A stretch of 64,000 nt of DNA from Mobula hypostoma (taxonomy: Eukaryota): contig NC_086097.1 in the NCBI RefSeq assembly GCF_963921235.1, positions 101,930,001 through 101,994,000 of the forward strand, in the 5' to 3' direction. The notes beneath the pieces are model-generated. The model searched no databases, was not told where the DNA came from, and worked only from the letters and a program-made list of their open reading frames with translations. A program made the position numbers and the translations under genes. Each line of letters starts with the position of its first letter. Positions within the stretch are counted from its first letter, which is position 1. Below, in pieces: positions 50,101 to 61,932 of this stretch.

Positions 50101-52810
50101 TGTTAGTGACATTGTTCTTTTTTGTAAGTGAGGGTTTGGGGATTGTTATTATTGTTCTTTTCTGTGAGTGAGGGCGTCGGAGATTGTTAGCGACGTTGTT
50201 CTTTTCTGTAAGTGAGGGTTTGAGTTTTGTTATTATTGTTCTTTTCTGTGAGTGAGGGGTCGGGAATTGTTATTGTTCTTCTTTTCTGTGAGCGAGGGGG
50301 TCGGGGATTGTTAGTGACGTTGTTCTTTTCTGTAAGTGAGGGTTTGGGGTTTGTTATTATTGTTCTTTTCTGTGAGTGAGGGGTCGGGAATTGTTATTGT
50401 TGTTCTTTTCTGTGAGTGAGGGGTCGGGGATTGTTATTATTGTTCTTTTCAGTGAGTGAGGGGTCAGGGATTTTTATTGTTGTTCTTTTCTATGAGTGAG
50501 GGGGTCGGGGATTGTTATTCTTGTTCTTTGCTATGAGTGAGGGGGTAGGGATTTGTTAGTGACATTGTTCTTTTTTGTAAGTGAGGGTTTGGGGATTGTT
50601 ATTATTGTTCTTTTCTGTGAGTGAGGGGGTCGGGGATTGTTAGCGACATTGTTCTTTTCTGTAAGTGAGGGTTTGGGGATTGTTATTATTCTTTTCAGTG
50701 AGTGAGGGGTCAGGGATTGTTATTGTTATTTTCTGTGAGTGAGGAGGTCGGTGATTGTTATTGTTATTCTTTTCTGTGAGTGAGCGGTCGGGGATTGTTA
50801 TTGTTGTTCTTTTCTGTGAGTGAGGGGTCGGGGATTGTTATTATTGTTCTTTTCAGTGAGTGAGGGGTCAGGGGTTTTTATTGTTGTTCTTTTCTATGAG
50901 TGAGGGGGTTGGGGATTGTTATCGTTATTCTTTTCTTTGAGTGAGGGGGTCGGGGATTGTTATCGTTATTCTTTTCTATGAGTGAGAGGGTCGGGGATTG
51001 TTAGTGACGTTGTTCTTTTCTGTAATTGAGGGTTTGGGGTTTGTTATTATTGTTCTTTTCTATGAGTGAGGGGGTCGGGGATTTTTATTGTTGTTCTTTT
51101 CTATGAGTGAGGGGGTAGGGATTTGTTAGTGACATTGTTCTTTTTTGTAAGTGAGGGTTTGGGGATTGTTATTATTGTTCTTTTCTGTGAGTGAGGGGTC
51201 GGAAATTGTTATTGTTGTTCTTCTCTGTGAGTGATGGGGTTGGGGATTGTTATTGTTGCTCTTTTCTGTGAGTGAGAGGTCGGGGATTGTTATTGTTGTT
51301 CTTTTCTATGAGTGAGGGGGTCCGGATTTGTTAGTGACAGTGTTCTTTTCTGTGAGTTAGGGTTTGGGGATTGTTATTATTGTTCTTTTCAGTGAGTGAG
51401 AGGTCGGGGATTGTTATTATTGTTCTTTTCTGTAAGTGAGGGTTTGGGGATTGTTATAGTTGTTTTTTTCTGTAAGTGAGGGTTTGGGGATTGTTATTAT
51501 TGTTCTTTTCTGTGAGTGAGGGGGTCGGGGATTGTTAGCGACATTGTTCTTTTCTGTAAGTGAGGGTTTGGGGATTGTTATTATTCTTTTCAGTGAGTGA
51601 GGGGTCAGGGATTGTTATTGTTATTTTCTGTGAGTGAGGAGGTCGGTGATTGTTATTGTTATTCTTTTCTGTGAGTGAGCGGTCGGGGATTGTTATTGTT
51701 GTTCTTTTCTGTGAGTGAGGGGTCGGGGATTGTTATTATTGTTCTTTTCAGTGAGTGAGGGGTCAGGGGTTTTTATTGTTGTTCTTTTCTATGAGTGAGG
51801 GGGTTGGGGATTGTTATCGTTATTCTTTTCTATGAGTGAGGGGGTCGGGGATTGTTATCGTTATTCTTTTCTATGAGTGAGAGGGTCGGGGATTGTTAGT
51901 GACGTTGTTCTTTTCTGTAATTGAGGGTTTGGGGTTTGTTATTATTGTTCTTTTCTATGAGTGAGGGGGTCGGGGATTTTTATTGTTGTTCTTTTCTATG
52001 AGTGAGGGGGTAGGGATTTGTTAGTGACATTGTTCTTTTTTGTAAGTGAGGGTTTGGGGATTGTTATTATTGTTCTTTTCTGTGAGTGAGGGGTCGGAAA
52101 TTGTTATTGTTGTTCTTCTCTGTGAGTGATGGGGTTGGGGATTGTTATTGTTGCTCTTTTCTGTGAGTGAGAGGTCGGGGATTGTTATTGTTGTTCTTTT
52201 CTATGAGTGAGGGGGTCCGGATTTGTTAGTGACAGTGTTCTTTTCTGTGAGTTAGGGTTTGGGGATTGTTATTATTGTTCTTTTCAGTGAGTGAGAGGTC
52301 GGGGATTGTTATTATTGTTCTTTTCTGTAAGTGAGGGTTTGGGGATTGTTATAGTTGTTTTTTTCTGTAAGTGAGGGTTTGGGGATTGTTATTATTGTTC
52401 TTTTCTGTGAGTGAGGGGGTCGGGGATTGTTATTATTGTTCTTTTCTGTCATTGAGGGGTCGGGGATTGTTATTATTGTTCTTTTCTGTGAGTGAGGGGG
52501 TCGGGGACTGTTAGTGACCTTGTTCTTTTCTGTACGTGCGGGTTTGGGGATTGTTATTATTGTTGTTTTCACTGAGTGAGGGGTCAGGGATTGTTATTGT
52601 TATTCTTTTCTGTGAGTGAGGAGGTCGGGGATTGTCATTGTTGTTCTTTTGTGTGAGTGAGGGGGTTGTGGATTGTTAGTGACGTTCTTTTCTGTAAGTG
52701 AAGGTTTGGGGATTGTTATTGTTTTTCTTTTCTGTGAGTGAGGGAGGGGTTTGGGGTTTGTTATTGTGGCTGTTCTTTTCTGTGAGTGAGGGGGTTGGGG
52801 ATTGTTATTA
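35170..52810. repeat. ~17.6-kb satellite of ~41-bp units (about 37-44 bp; roughly 430 units), strongly G/T-rich on the + strand
   Basis: Consensus ttcttttctgtgagtgagggggtcagggattgttattgttg. Diagnostic variants recur at 1449-bp, 2813-bp and ~895-bp spacing. Confidence 0.97.
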
Positions 52811-52816
52811 TGGCAG

Positions 52817-52992
52817 AACCTGGTGATGTGGGACCTGATGGTTGAGGGGTATTAACTGTTCCTGAACCTGGTGGTGTGGGACCTGATGGTTGAGGGGTAA
52901 TAACTGTTCCTGAACCTGGTGGTGTGGGACCTGATGGTTGAGGGGTAATAACTGTTCCTGAACCTGGTGGTGTGGGACCTGATGGTTGAGGG
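52817..52992. repeat. 48-bp tandem repeat, ~3.5 units, derived from the Rex1-like ORF C-terminus
   Basis: Unit cctgaacctggtggtgtgggacctgatggttgaggggtaataactgtt. Minus strand reads RSHTTRFRNSYYPSTI (compare KAHTQRFRNSLFPSAIR at 54145-54369). Confidence 0.85.
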
Positions 52993-52999
52993 CTTTGAT

Positions 53000-53910
53000 G
53001 ATAAAATGAAATGAACCTGTAAATCTGCATTGGTATGGTGTATGTGAGCCCTTGCACAATGGTCACACAATTTGTTCTGCCAGGAAGGTTTCTGTTGAAA
53101 CGTTGCTATTTTGTTCACGCTCAATTTCATTTTTGACTGCAACTCACTTGCTTCTCTCTGTGTTGTTTTCATTGATACAGCAATTTCTATTGCTCTTTTA
53201 AATGTAAGTTGTGCTTAAGTTAGGACAAAACATTTTTGAATGTTTTCTTGTAAGATTCCACAAACGAAATGATTTTTCAGTGCATCATTAAGCCCATCTC
53301 TGAACTGGAAATGCTTGAACAATTTCTTCAATACTGTCGCATAAGCTGGAATGGAATGCCTTTTTTTTTGGATTCCACTTATGAAGCCTAAAGAATTCTG
53401 CAATCAACAGTGGTTTTGGTTGTAAATGTCCCTGCGTTATGTTCACCATATCAAAAAAGATGTTTTCAGCTGTTTTGGTTGCTGCAGTTAAACTCCTAAA
53501 CAAACTGTATGCGTTTCCATCCATTGCACGCAGTAACACTGGCCCTTGTTTTTCATTGGCTTCAAAATACGGCTCAAGTCATTGCCTGTTTGTAATTGAC
53601 TGTTCTGCCTATCCCATGTAGCTTGCTATTTCTGCTTTTTATATATTTATTATTATTACCACCCGGTACTTACTGTTTATGAAGATGTCAATTTTGTCCG
53701 TTTTCTGCCTTTTGTGAAACTTGGCTGCCTCTATCCCTACCCAAAGAAACGTGCTGCACTTCAACAGGTAGGTAGTCGTCACAAGTTCACTTTAAAACTA
53801 CCTCATCACCACTGTTATATTTTGTGACTCCAGAAACTAATCAAATGAAAAACACGGGAGCCAGGAAACTGGTCAACTTAGTTCCTTTCTTTAGTGAGGT
53901 GCTCGCATAT
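53000..53910 (-). mobile_element. Decayed Gypsy-like 5' end: LTR end, PBS and gag
   Basis: Minus strand ...ATATAACA|GTGGTGATGAGG marks the LTR end and PBS at ~53813. gag peptides YFEAN...AYSLFRSL...HLQPKPLLIAEFFR...LNDALKNHFVCGI...KLCDHC. Confidence 0.75.
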
Positions 53911-53927
53911 GTGTTTTATCCTTTATT

Positions 53928-54445
53928 AGAATCAGAATCAGGTTTATTATCACCGGCATGTGTCGTGAAATTTGTTAACTTAGCAGCAGCAGTTCAATGC
54001 AATACATAATATAGAAGAAGAGAAAATAAAATAATAATAATAAATAAGTAAATCAATTACAGTATATGTACATTGAATAGATTAAAAATCATGCCAGTAG
54101 CCAGAAATAATATATATTAAAAATGTGAGGTGGTGTTCATGGGTTCAATGTCCATTTAGGAATCGGATGGCAGAGGGGAACAAGCTGTTCCTAAATCGCT
54201 GAGTGTGTGCCTTCAGGCTTCTGTACCTCCTACCTGATGGTAACAGTGAGAAAAGGACATGCCCTGGGTGCTGGCAGTCCTTAATAATGGATGCAGCCTT
54301 TCTGAGACACCGCTCCCTGAAGATGTCCGGGGTACTTTGTAGGCTAGTACCCAAGATGGAGCCGACCAAATTTACAACCCTCTGCAGCTTCTTTCGGTCC
54401 TGTGCAGTAGCTCCCCTGCCTCCATACCAGACAGTGATGCAGCCT
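53928..54445 (-). mobile_element. Rex1/Babar-like LINE 3' end with (agaatc)n tail
   Basis: ERCLRKAASIIKDCQHPGHVLFSLLPSGRRYRSLKAHTQRFRNSLFPSAIRFLN. Confidence 0.85.
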
Positions 54446-54489
54446 CAGGTCAGTTGTAGGGAAGTTGCTGGAGAAAGTTCGAGGGGATG

Positions 54490-54790
54490 GGATATATGAG
54501 CATTTGGAAACCCTATGGCCTATTTAGGGAGAGCCAGCATAGCTTTGTGCAGGCCATGTTGTGTCTTACCAACATGATTGAGTTTTTTTGACAAAGTGAC
54601 GAGGGAGACTGATGAGACGAGAGCAGCAGATGCTGTCTACATAGATTTTGATAATGCGTTTGACAAACTCCCTGTTGGGAGCCCAATCCAGAAGATTAAG
54701 CTGCATGGCGTCTGCAATGAATTGGCTGTTTGGATTCAGACCAGGCTTGCACTGGAAGAAAGAGTGTAGTGGTTGAAGGGACTTTTCTGT
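54490..54790 (+). mobile_element. CR1 RT fragment
   Basis: FFDKVTRETDE...DAVYIDFDNAFDKLP. Confidence 0.75.
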
Positions 54791-55472
54791 TTGATGTTCT
54801 ATGTTCTAAGATGCTCCACAAAGCAGTTCCCAAATCTACATCCAATTTAGTAGTTTATTTCTGCCTTCTCCCCTTATCACTTGATTCCCTTTAATTTTTA
54901 CAGGTATTTTCATTTCCTTCTTGAATATATCAGGATTAGGTTTAATACTTAATGACTTGGGGTGAGAATCAAAAACTTATGGTTACTATTCTCAAATGGG
55001 TTTATTACTGTCACATGTTCTGAGGTACAGTGAGAAACTTTGTTTTGTATGCCATCCACAAAGGTCATTTCATTACAAGAGTGCATTGAGGTAATAGACC
55101 ATAAGACCATAAGACCATAAGACAAAGGAGCAGAAGTAGGCCATTCGGCCCATTGAGTCTGCTCCGCCATTTTATCATGAGCTGATCCATTCTCCAATTT
55201 AGTCCCACTCCCCCGCCTTCTCACCATAACCTTTGATGCCCTGGCTACTCAGATACCATCCAATGGATAATACAATGGAAAACAATAGTAAAGTGCAGAA
55301 TAAAGTTTTACAGTTACAAAGAAAGTGCAGTTCAGGTAGTAATAAGGTTTAAGGCCTTAACAAGGTAGACTATGAGCTAAAGAGTCCATCTTATCATAAA
55401 AGGGGACCATTCAATACCCTTATAACAATGGGATTATACACTCTCCTTGAGCCTGGTGGTTGTGCTTTTAGG

Positions 55473-55971
55473 TGTAATGCACTGTTCAGCTAACTCTTCT
55501 GAGATACAGTAAAAACTACAACAAATTAAGGGTGGATCAAATTATAAGTGAGTTTTTATTACTTGCAAGGGAAGATCTACCTCCATACATTAAAACATTT
55601 TTGAATGTAACCTCAAACTTACAACTCAAAACAAACCATTTTTATAATTTACAGAGACCAGTGATTCATCAACTTCCTTACCTGGATCCATCTCTTGTTC
55701 CTGACATCTGTTCTTTAATCAGCCCATTTCTCTTTTGTGGCTTCTTTCCACCTCCCCCCCCCCCATGACAACTGTGTCCTGTTTTTCTCTGTTGCCAAAA
55801 CATCCCTTATCATAAATACACCCCCTGTCATTAAACACATACAGACTTCATCTAAGCCTCTATCCAAACCAGCAAAGCACACTGGGATCACACAGGTTCC
55901 ATTTTGTCACATTACGGTTTACAAAAGTTATAAATTCATCAAGACTTCAGGGTTACAAATGTATTTCCACA
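55473..55971 (-). mobile_element. Probable solo LTR inserted in a Rex1/L2-like tail
   Basis: TG...CA termini, near-TSD TAGG/TAGA, AATAAA on the minus strand at ~55555. The host LINE reads through when the segment is removed. Confidence 0.5.
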
Positions 55972-57254
55972 TAGATTTTTGTATCTTCTGCCTAATGGGA
56001 GGTGGGAGAAGACAGAATGTCCGAGATGGATCATTGATTATGTCGGGTGCTTTACCGAGACAGCACAAAGCACGAAGGTAGACAGAGTCCATGGAGGGAA
56101 GGTTAGTTTCCATAATATGTCCAGCTATGCCCACAATTCTCAAAAAAGGCACAGAATGTTACTGTACATATAGCTTAACCTAAGGTAAATAAAGTATGGG
56201 ACTATATTCTAAGGAGGGTTAAAAACATTCATTTAAATCTAATCAAGGACACTTAGCAAGGTTTGGTTCAGGAAAGGTCACGTCTAACAAACGATTGAAT
56301 TTTTGAAGAGTTAGTGAGGAGCATCTACAGATTTGGTACATTTGATATTACTTACATGAATTTTAGCAAGGCTTTTAGCAGACATGTTAAAAAGGGTGAG
56401 AGTCCATGGGATTCGAGAGAGACTGGCAAATTGGCTGATTGGCAGCGCAACAGATAATGGTTACCAAGTGTTTCTGTGACCAGAAGGCTATTACCTATGT
56501 GGTTCATGGCCCAGGGTATCAATGTCTCCTCTAATCTTTATTACAGTCACCCAGAATAACTATTGCTCTGAGCAGTAAATTTTTATATGGTCTAAAAACT
56601 GTGCAGCACTTTAAATGTTTTTTTTGTAATATACATACTATGAATACTTGGACTGAAAACTGAAAAATCACATGCATTTGATTTTATTTATTAATTGAAG
56701 AGTATAATGAAATACAGTAGAGCAGGTCAGCGGTTTATTAACAATAAGCTACTGACTTCCATTTGGTGTTTATTGTTACAATTTGTAACATTGTAGTGTA
56801 GTAACTTGAAACACTGACAATGCAAGTACCTTGAAGCTCTAAAATGTTCCAAAGTAAAGGTTGTAGTACATTTATTGTAATACAATAGTATTATAACAAC
56901 AGAAGAGAAACTGTCCTTGCATCCAGTGATACATGCTTTCAGGATTTTGTATTTTCTCTCTGACGGGAAGGGGGGGTGGGGTGGAGAAGAAAGAATTTCC
57001 AGAGTGGGTGGTGGTCTTTAATTATGTTGGTTGCTTTGATAACCATTGCCTCTAAAGTTTTGTAATGAATTACATTAAAAACACATAAGATTGATAAAAA
57101 AAAGAAAAATTATTAAACATGCAGAATGGCAACTAGTTCACGTGAATGAATATATGTACGTACAGAATGTTGGAAACTTCTAAGCTTCCTTTTATGTATT
57201 GATATCCATACAGTAGGTCAGGTATTTTGTGGGTCCCTTCTCCTCACCTCTTCA

Positions 57255-57620
57255 TAAGATATAGGAGCAGAAGCAGGCCATTCAGCCCATCGAGTCTACT
57301 CCACCATTCAATCATGGGCTGATCCAATTCTTCCAGTCATCCCCACTCCCCTGCTTTCACCCTATACCCTTTGATGCCCTGGCTAATCAAGAACCTATCT
57401 ATCTCAGCCTTAAATACACCCAATGACTTGGCCTCCACAGCCACTCATGGCAACAAATTCCACAGATTTACCACCCTCTGACTAAAGTAATTTCTCTGCA
57501 CTGCTGTTCTAAATGGATGTCCTTCAATCCTGAAATTGTGACCTCTTGTCCTAGACTCCCCTACCATGGGAAGTAACTTTGCCATTATCTAACCTGTTCG
57601 GGCCTTTCAACATTCGGATT
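57255..57620 (-). mobile_element. CR1 3' tail fragment
   Basis: ataagatataggagcagaagcaggccattcagccc 3'UTR, similar to 2921-3300. Confidence 0.8.
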
Positions 57621-57964
57621 GTTTTTTTTGGGGGGAGGGGTTGTTTTTAAAAAATTACCTTACCATACGGTAGGTCTTTGTTCTGTGGGAGGAAACAGAA
57701 CACCTGGAAGAAACCCACATGGTCGTGGGGAGAACATTAAAGGCAGTGACTGGAACTGAACCCGGGTCACCTGTACTCTAAAGCGTTGTGCTAACCACTA
57801 CACTACCATGCCACCTGCGCTATCTCCCCTCAATCTTTCAGACCAGATGAAGTGATGACCCAAAGATGAATGGACAACTGTCCATTTCCCTTCCATAAAT
57901 GCTGCCTCACCTTTTGTGTTCTTCCAGCTTCTTGTGTATTGCTGCAGACCTTAGCATCTGCAGT

Positions 57965-58540
57965 CTCTTGCTCTCAATGTAGGGGAGGCTGGTCCTTGTG
58001 ATAGACTGGGCTGTGTTCATAATTTTCTGCAATGTCTTGCAGTCTTGGGCAGAGCAGTTGCTCTGGATAGGATGCTTTTGGTACATGTGTAAGAACCTGT
58101 AAGGGTCATTTGGGACCTGCTGAACTTCCTTAGCTTTCAGCAGAAATAGAGACAGTTGACGCATAGCATCCACGTGGTTGGACAAGGACAAATTACTTCT
58201 GATATTTACACCTAGGAACTTGAAGCTCCCAACTATATACACCTCTGTACCACCTGATACAGACAAGGATGTGTACTCTACCCCACTTCGAGTCGCTTTT
58301 TTATCTTGCTGACACTGAGGGGAAGATTGTTGTCATGACACCATGTCACTCAGTTCTTGATCTTCTTCCTGTACTCTGACTCATTGTTGCTTGAGATCTG
58401 ACTCACTATTTGCAAATTTATAGAGGGTGTCCGAGAATCTGGCTATGCAGATGTGAGTGTACAAGCAATAAAGTAAGGAGCTGAGGATGCAGTCTTGTGG
58501 GGCATCAACATTGAGGATAATCATGGCAGAGTTATTGCTG
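57965..58540 (-). mobile_element. Degenerate Rex1/L2-like LINE fragment
   Basis: VGSFKFLGVNIRSNLS and NCSAQDCKTLQKIMNTAQSIT. Confidence 0.7.
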
Positions 58541-58851
58541 TTCTCCTGATGAGTAGATTAAATTCCAGCTGTCCTGAAGTGGCTAAGAGTGGCAAAATTA
58601 CATCCAATAACCAAGCCTAATGACCATTTTATTAAAAAAAATAACTACTATACCCAGCATTACTTGGGTTATTATACAGGCAACCATGATGTTTGCATTT
58701 ATTTCCAGGAAGCTGCGTGTAATTAAATAAAAAGTAACTTAACTATACAATTCTTCCATGAAATATTTAGGTTGTTAAAATTATGTAGATTAATTAAAGC
58801 TACCAATAAAAACATACACACTGAAAACAAAAATGCATAAAAATACTTTTA

Positions 58852-60211
58852 CATAGAAACATCGAAAACCTACAGCACAATACAAGCCCTTCGGCCCACA
58901 AAGTTGTGCCGAACATGGGTCCCTACCTTAGAAATGACTAGGGTTACCCATAGCCCTCTATTTTTCTAAGCTCAGTGTACCTATCCAAAAGTCTTTTAAA
59001 AGACCCTATCATATCCGCCTCCACCGCCATGGCCGGCAGCCCATTCCACGCACTCACCACGCTCTGCGTAAAAAAACTTACCCCTGACATCTCCTCTGTA
59101 CCTACTCCCAAGCACCTTAAATCTGTGCCCTCTTGTGGCAGCCATTTCAACCCTGGGAAAAAGCCTCTGACTATCCACAGGATCAATGCCTCTCATCAAT
59201 TTATACACCTCTATCAGGTCACCTCTCATCCTCCTTCACTCCAACGAGAAAAGGCCGAGTTCACTCAACCTGTTTTCATAAGGCGTGCTCCCCAATCCAG
59301 TCAAATATACTTGTAAACTTCCTCTGCACCCTTTCTATGGTTTCCACATCCTTCCTGTAGTGAGGCAACCAGAACTGAGCACTCTACTCAAGTGGGGTCT
59401 GACCAGGGTCCTATATAGGAGTAACATTACCTCTTGGCTCCTAAATTCAATTCTACGATTGATGAAGGCCAATACACTGTATGCTTTCTTAACCACTCAG
59501 TCAACCTGCGCAGCTGCTTTGAGCGTCCTATGGACTCGGACCCCAAGATCCCTCTGATCCTCCACATTGCCAAGAGCCTTACCATTAATACTATATTCTG
59601 CCATCATATTTAACCTACCAAAATGAACCACCTCACACTTATCTGGGTTGAACTCCATCTGCCACTTCTCAGCCCAGTTTTGCATCCTATCAATGTCCCG
59701 CTGTAACCTCTGACAGCCCTCCACACTATTTACAATGCCCCCAACCTTTGTGTCATCAGCAAACTTACTAACCCATCCCTCCACTTCCTCATCCAGGTCA
59801 TTTATAAAAATCACAAAGAGTAAGGGTCCCAGAACAGATCCCTGAGGCACTCCACTGGTGACCGACCTCCATGCAGAATATGACCCGTCTACAACCATTC
59901 TTTGCCTTCTGTGGGCAAGCCAGTTCTGGATCCACAAAGCAATGTCCCCTTGGATCCCATGCCTCCTTACTTTCTCAATAGGCTTTGCATGGGGTACCTT
60001 ATCAAATGCCTTGCTGAAAACCATATACACTACATCTACTGCTCTACCTTCATTAATGTGTTTAGTCACATCCTCAAAAAAATTCAATCAGGCTCGTAAG
60101 GCACGACCTGCCCTTGACAAAACCATGCTGACTATTCCTAATCATATTATACCTCTCCAAAAATTCATAACTCCTGCCTCTCAGGATCTTCTCCATCAAC
60201 TTACCAACCAG
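58852..60211 (-). mobile_element. CR1 LINE, same subfamily as 10161-12463, inserted in the Helitron 3' region
   Basis: FSKAFDKVPH...PQGSVLGPLLF...KFADDTK. The 3'UTR closely matches 10163-10250. Confidence 0.92.
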
Positions 60212-60452
60212 TTTTAATGCAGTTCTCCCCACATATGCATGTACTTTTATACATAATGTTTACTGATTTCAATGTTGAAGTGCTTTAGAATACTTTATTT
60301 CTTTCTTTTGAATCCAGAGTAAAGATGTACAGTATATGTTTCAACTCTGAAACAACTGAAAAAAAAACGTAACCATTTGAAAATTAATGGGTTTCAAGTC
60401 AACAATTTGCCCTTGTGCTGTGTTAATGCTCAAAGCAAAACTGAGTCTGAAG

Positions 60453-61200
60453 CAACAGACCAAATGCTACAAGCACTCAGCAGGCCAGGCAACATATAGG
60501 GAAAAAGAGGAGGCAACGTGTCCGGTTGAGGGCCTTCACAGGGTGAAAGATAGAGGAAGTTTTAGCCAATATAAAAGGTGAGGAGAGGGAGGAGTGTAAT
60601 AAGAACTGGTGATACCTGGATCCAGGGAGGAGGGGGAATAGGCAGACGGAGGAAGGGGGAGAGGGAAAAGCAACAGAGTCTGGAAGATGATAGTTGGAGG
60701 CTACAAATGGATGAAGGAAGCTGGTAGCAGAGGAAGATGGAGCATGGAACCAAATAAGGAAAGTGAGTAGGACAGGAGAACAGCAGGGGGAGAGGGCTCA
60801 GGGCGAGCAGTGTGTGGGTTTTGGGCAGATTGGGAACCAGAAGGCAGGGGATAGAAACTGGATGGAAGGGAGTGAGGTGGAAAGGGTGAGATCAGCAGTG
60901 CGTGAAATGTAGGATATGTGGGTGAGAGCTCCATCAACCAGAGTTTGGGGCCGGTGCTTGTTTCCTGAAAAAAGAGGACATTTCTGATGTCAAGGAATGA
61001 AAGGCCAAGAATAAATATGATGGAGATGGAAAAAGTGCATAAAAAGAATGCTGTCCTTACAAGAGGCAGAATGGGAAGAGGTGCAGCCTAGGTAGCTGTG
61101 ACAGTCAGAGGTTTATCAGTAAATATCAGTGGATAGTTTTCCTCCTGAGGTGGAGGCGGACAGAGATCAAGAAAGGGGAGAATGAAGTCAAAAAAGGTCC
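60453..61200 (-). mobile_element. Old Penelope-like element remnant (pLTR and RT C-terminal pieces)
   Basis: cagcaggccaggcaacat pLTR motif, purine-rich pLTR body, and blocks parallel to 34110-34340. Confidence 0.65.
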
Positions 61201-61319
61201 AATTTCTTTCATGCCTATCACATTATCAATAGATATGTTGTACGGGTTGTCTGGAAAGCCGCAAGGTGTCTTTGTTCTTTGCATTGTTTTAAAATTGCTC
61301 TTTCATGCACATAGATATA

Positions 61320-61932
61320 ACCACGAAGAAGACACGCCAATGTCTCTGCTTCCTTAAGGAGATTTGGCATGTTATCGAAGACACTGACAAACGTTTATGG
61401 ATGTGCAATGGAAAGCATTCTGACTGACTGCATCATAGGTATGGTATCGTATGGTACATCGTATGGTACGGAAACTCCAATTCACAAGAATGCAAGAGGC
61501 TACAGAGAGTCATGGACCTCACCTAGAGCCCATTTGTGCAATCCAGTTCCATCACAGATACAGCTCTCCCTATCTATGCTGATGCCCCATAGATGACACC
61601 CATCATGAGGGACCGCAACACCCGGGCCATGCCCTCTTCTCAATGTTGCCATCAGGCAGGCGGTAGAGTAGCCTGAAGACTCATACCTCAAGCTCCAACA
61701 ACCATGAGGTTTCTTAACCAACCTCAGAAACCCTAACATTATATCGCATTATATTTTGCTTTCTCTCTCTCAAATTCCCTAATGCTATTATGTTTTTTTG
61801 TAGTGTTCCATGTATAATTCATGCTAATTTAAGTTCATGTTAACTTAGGTTTGTCATTTCTGTAGTGTATTATGCTGCTATTGCTACAAATAGCTAATTT
61901 TCATTGCCTATGACAATAAACTTTAACTTGAA
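61320..61932 (+). mobile_element. Rex1/L2-like LINE 3' fragment inserted in the Helitron helicase
   Basis: KTLTNVYGCAMESILTDCI, the ggccatgccctcttctc motif, and tail gacaataaactttaacttgaac. Confidence 0.7.

Noticed and set aside
12760..52810. CRISPR-like appearance of the regular arrays
   Set aside because: Units are head-to-tail with no unique spacers and no cas genes, and the DNA is vertebrate.
35170..52810. Telomeric or immunoglobulin-switch-like array
   Set aside because: No (TTAGGG)n runs, no AGCT-rich motifs and no Ig segments in the window.
57155..57255. Possible minus-strand exon ending at a GTACGT donor
   Set aside because: All frames contain stops within the segment and no clear acceptor is present.
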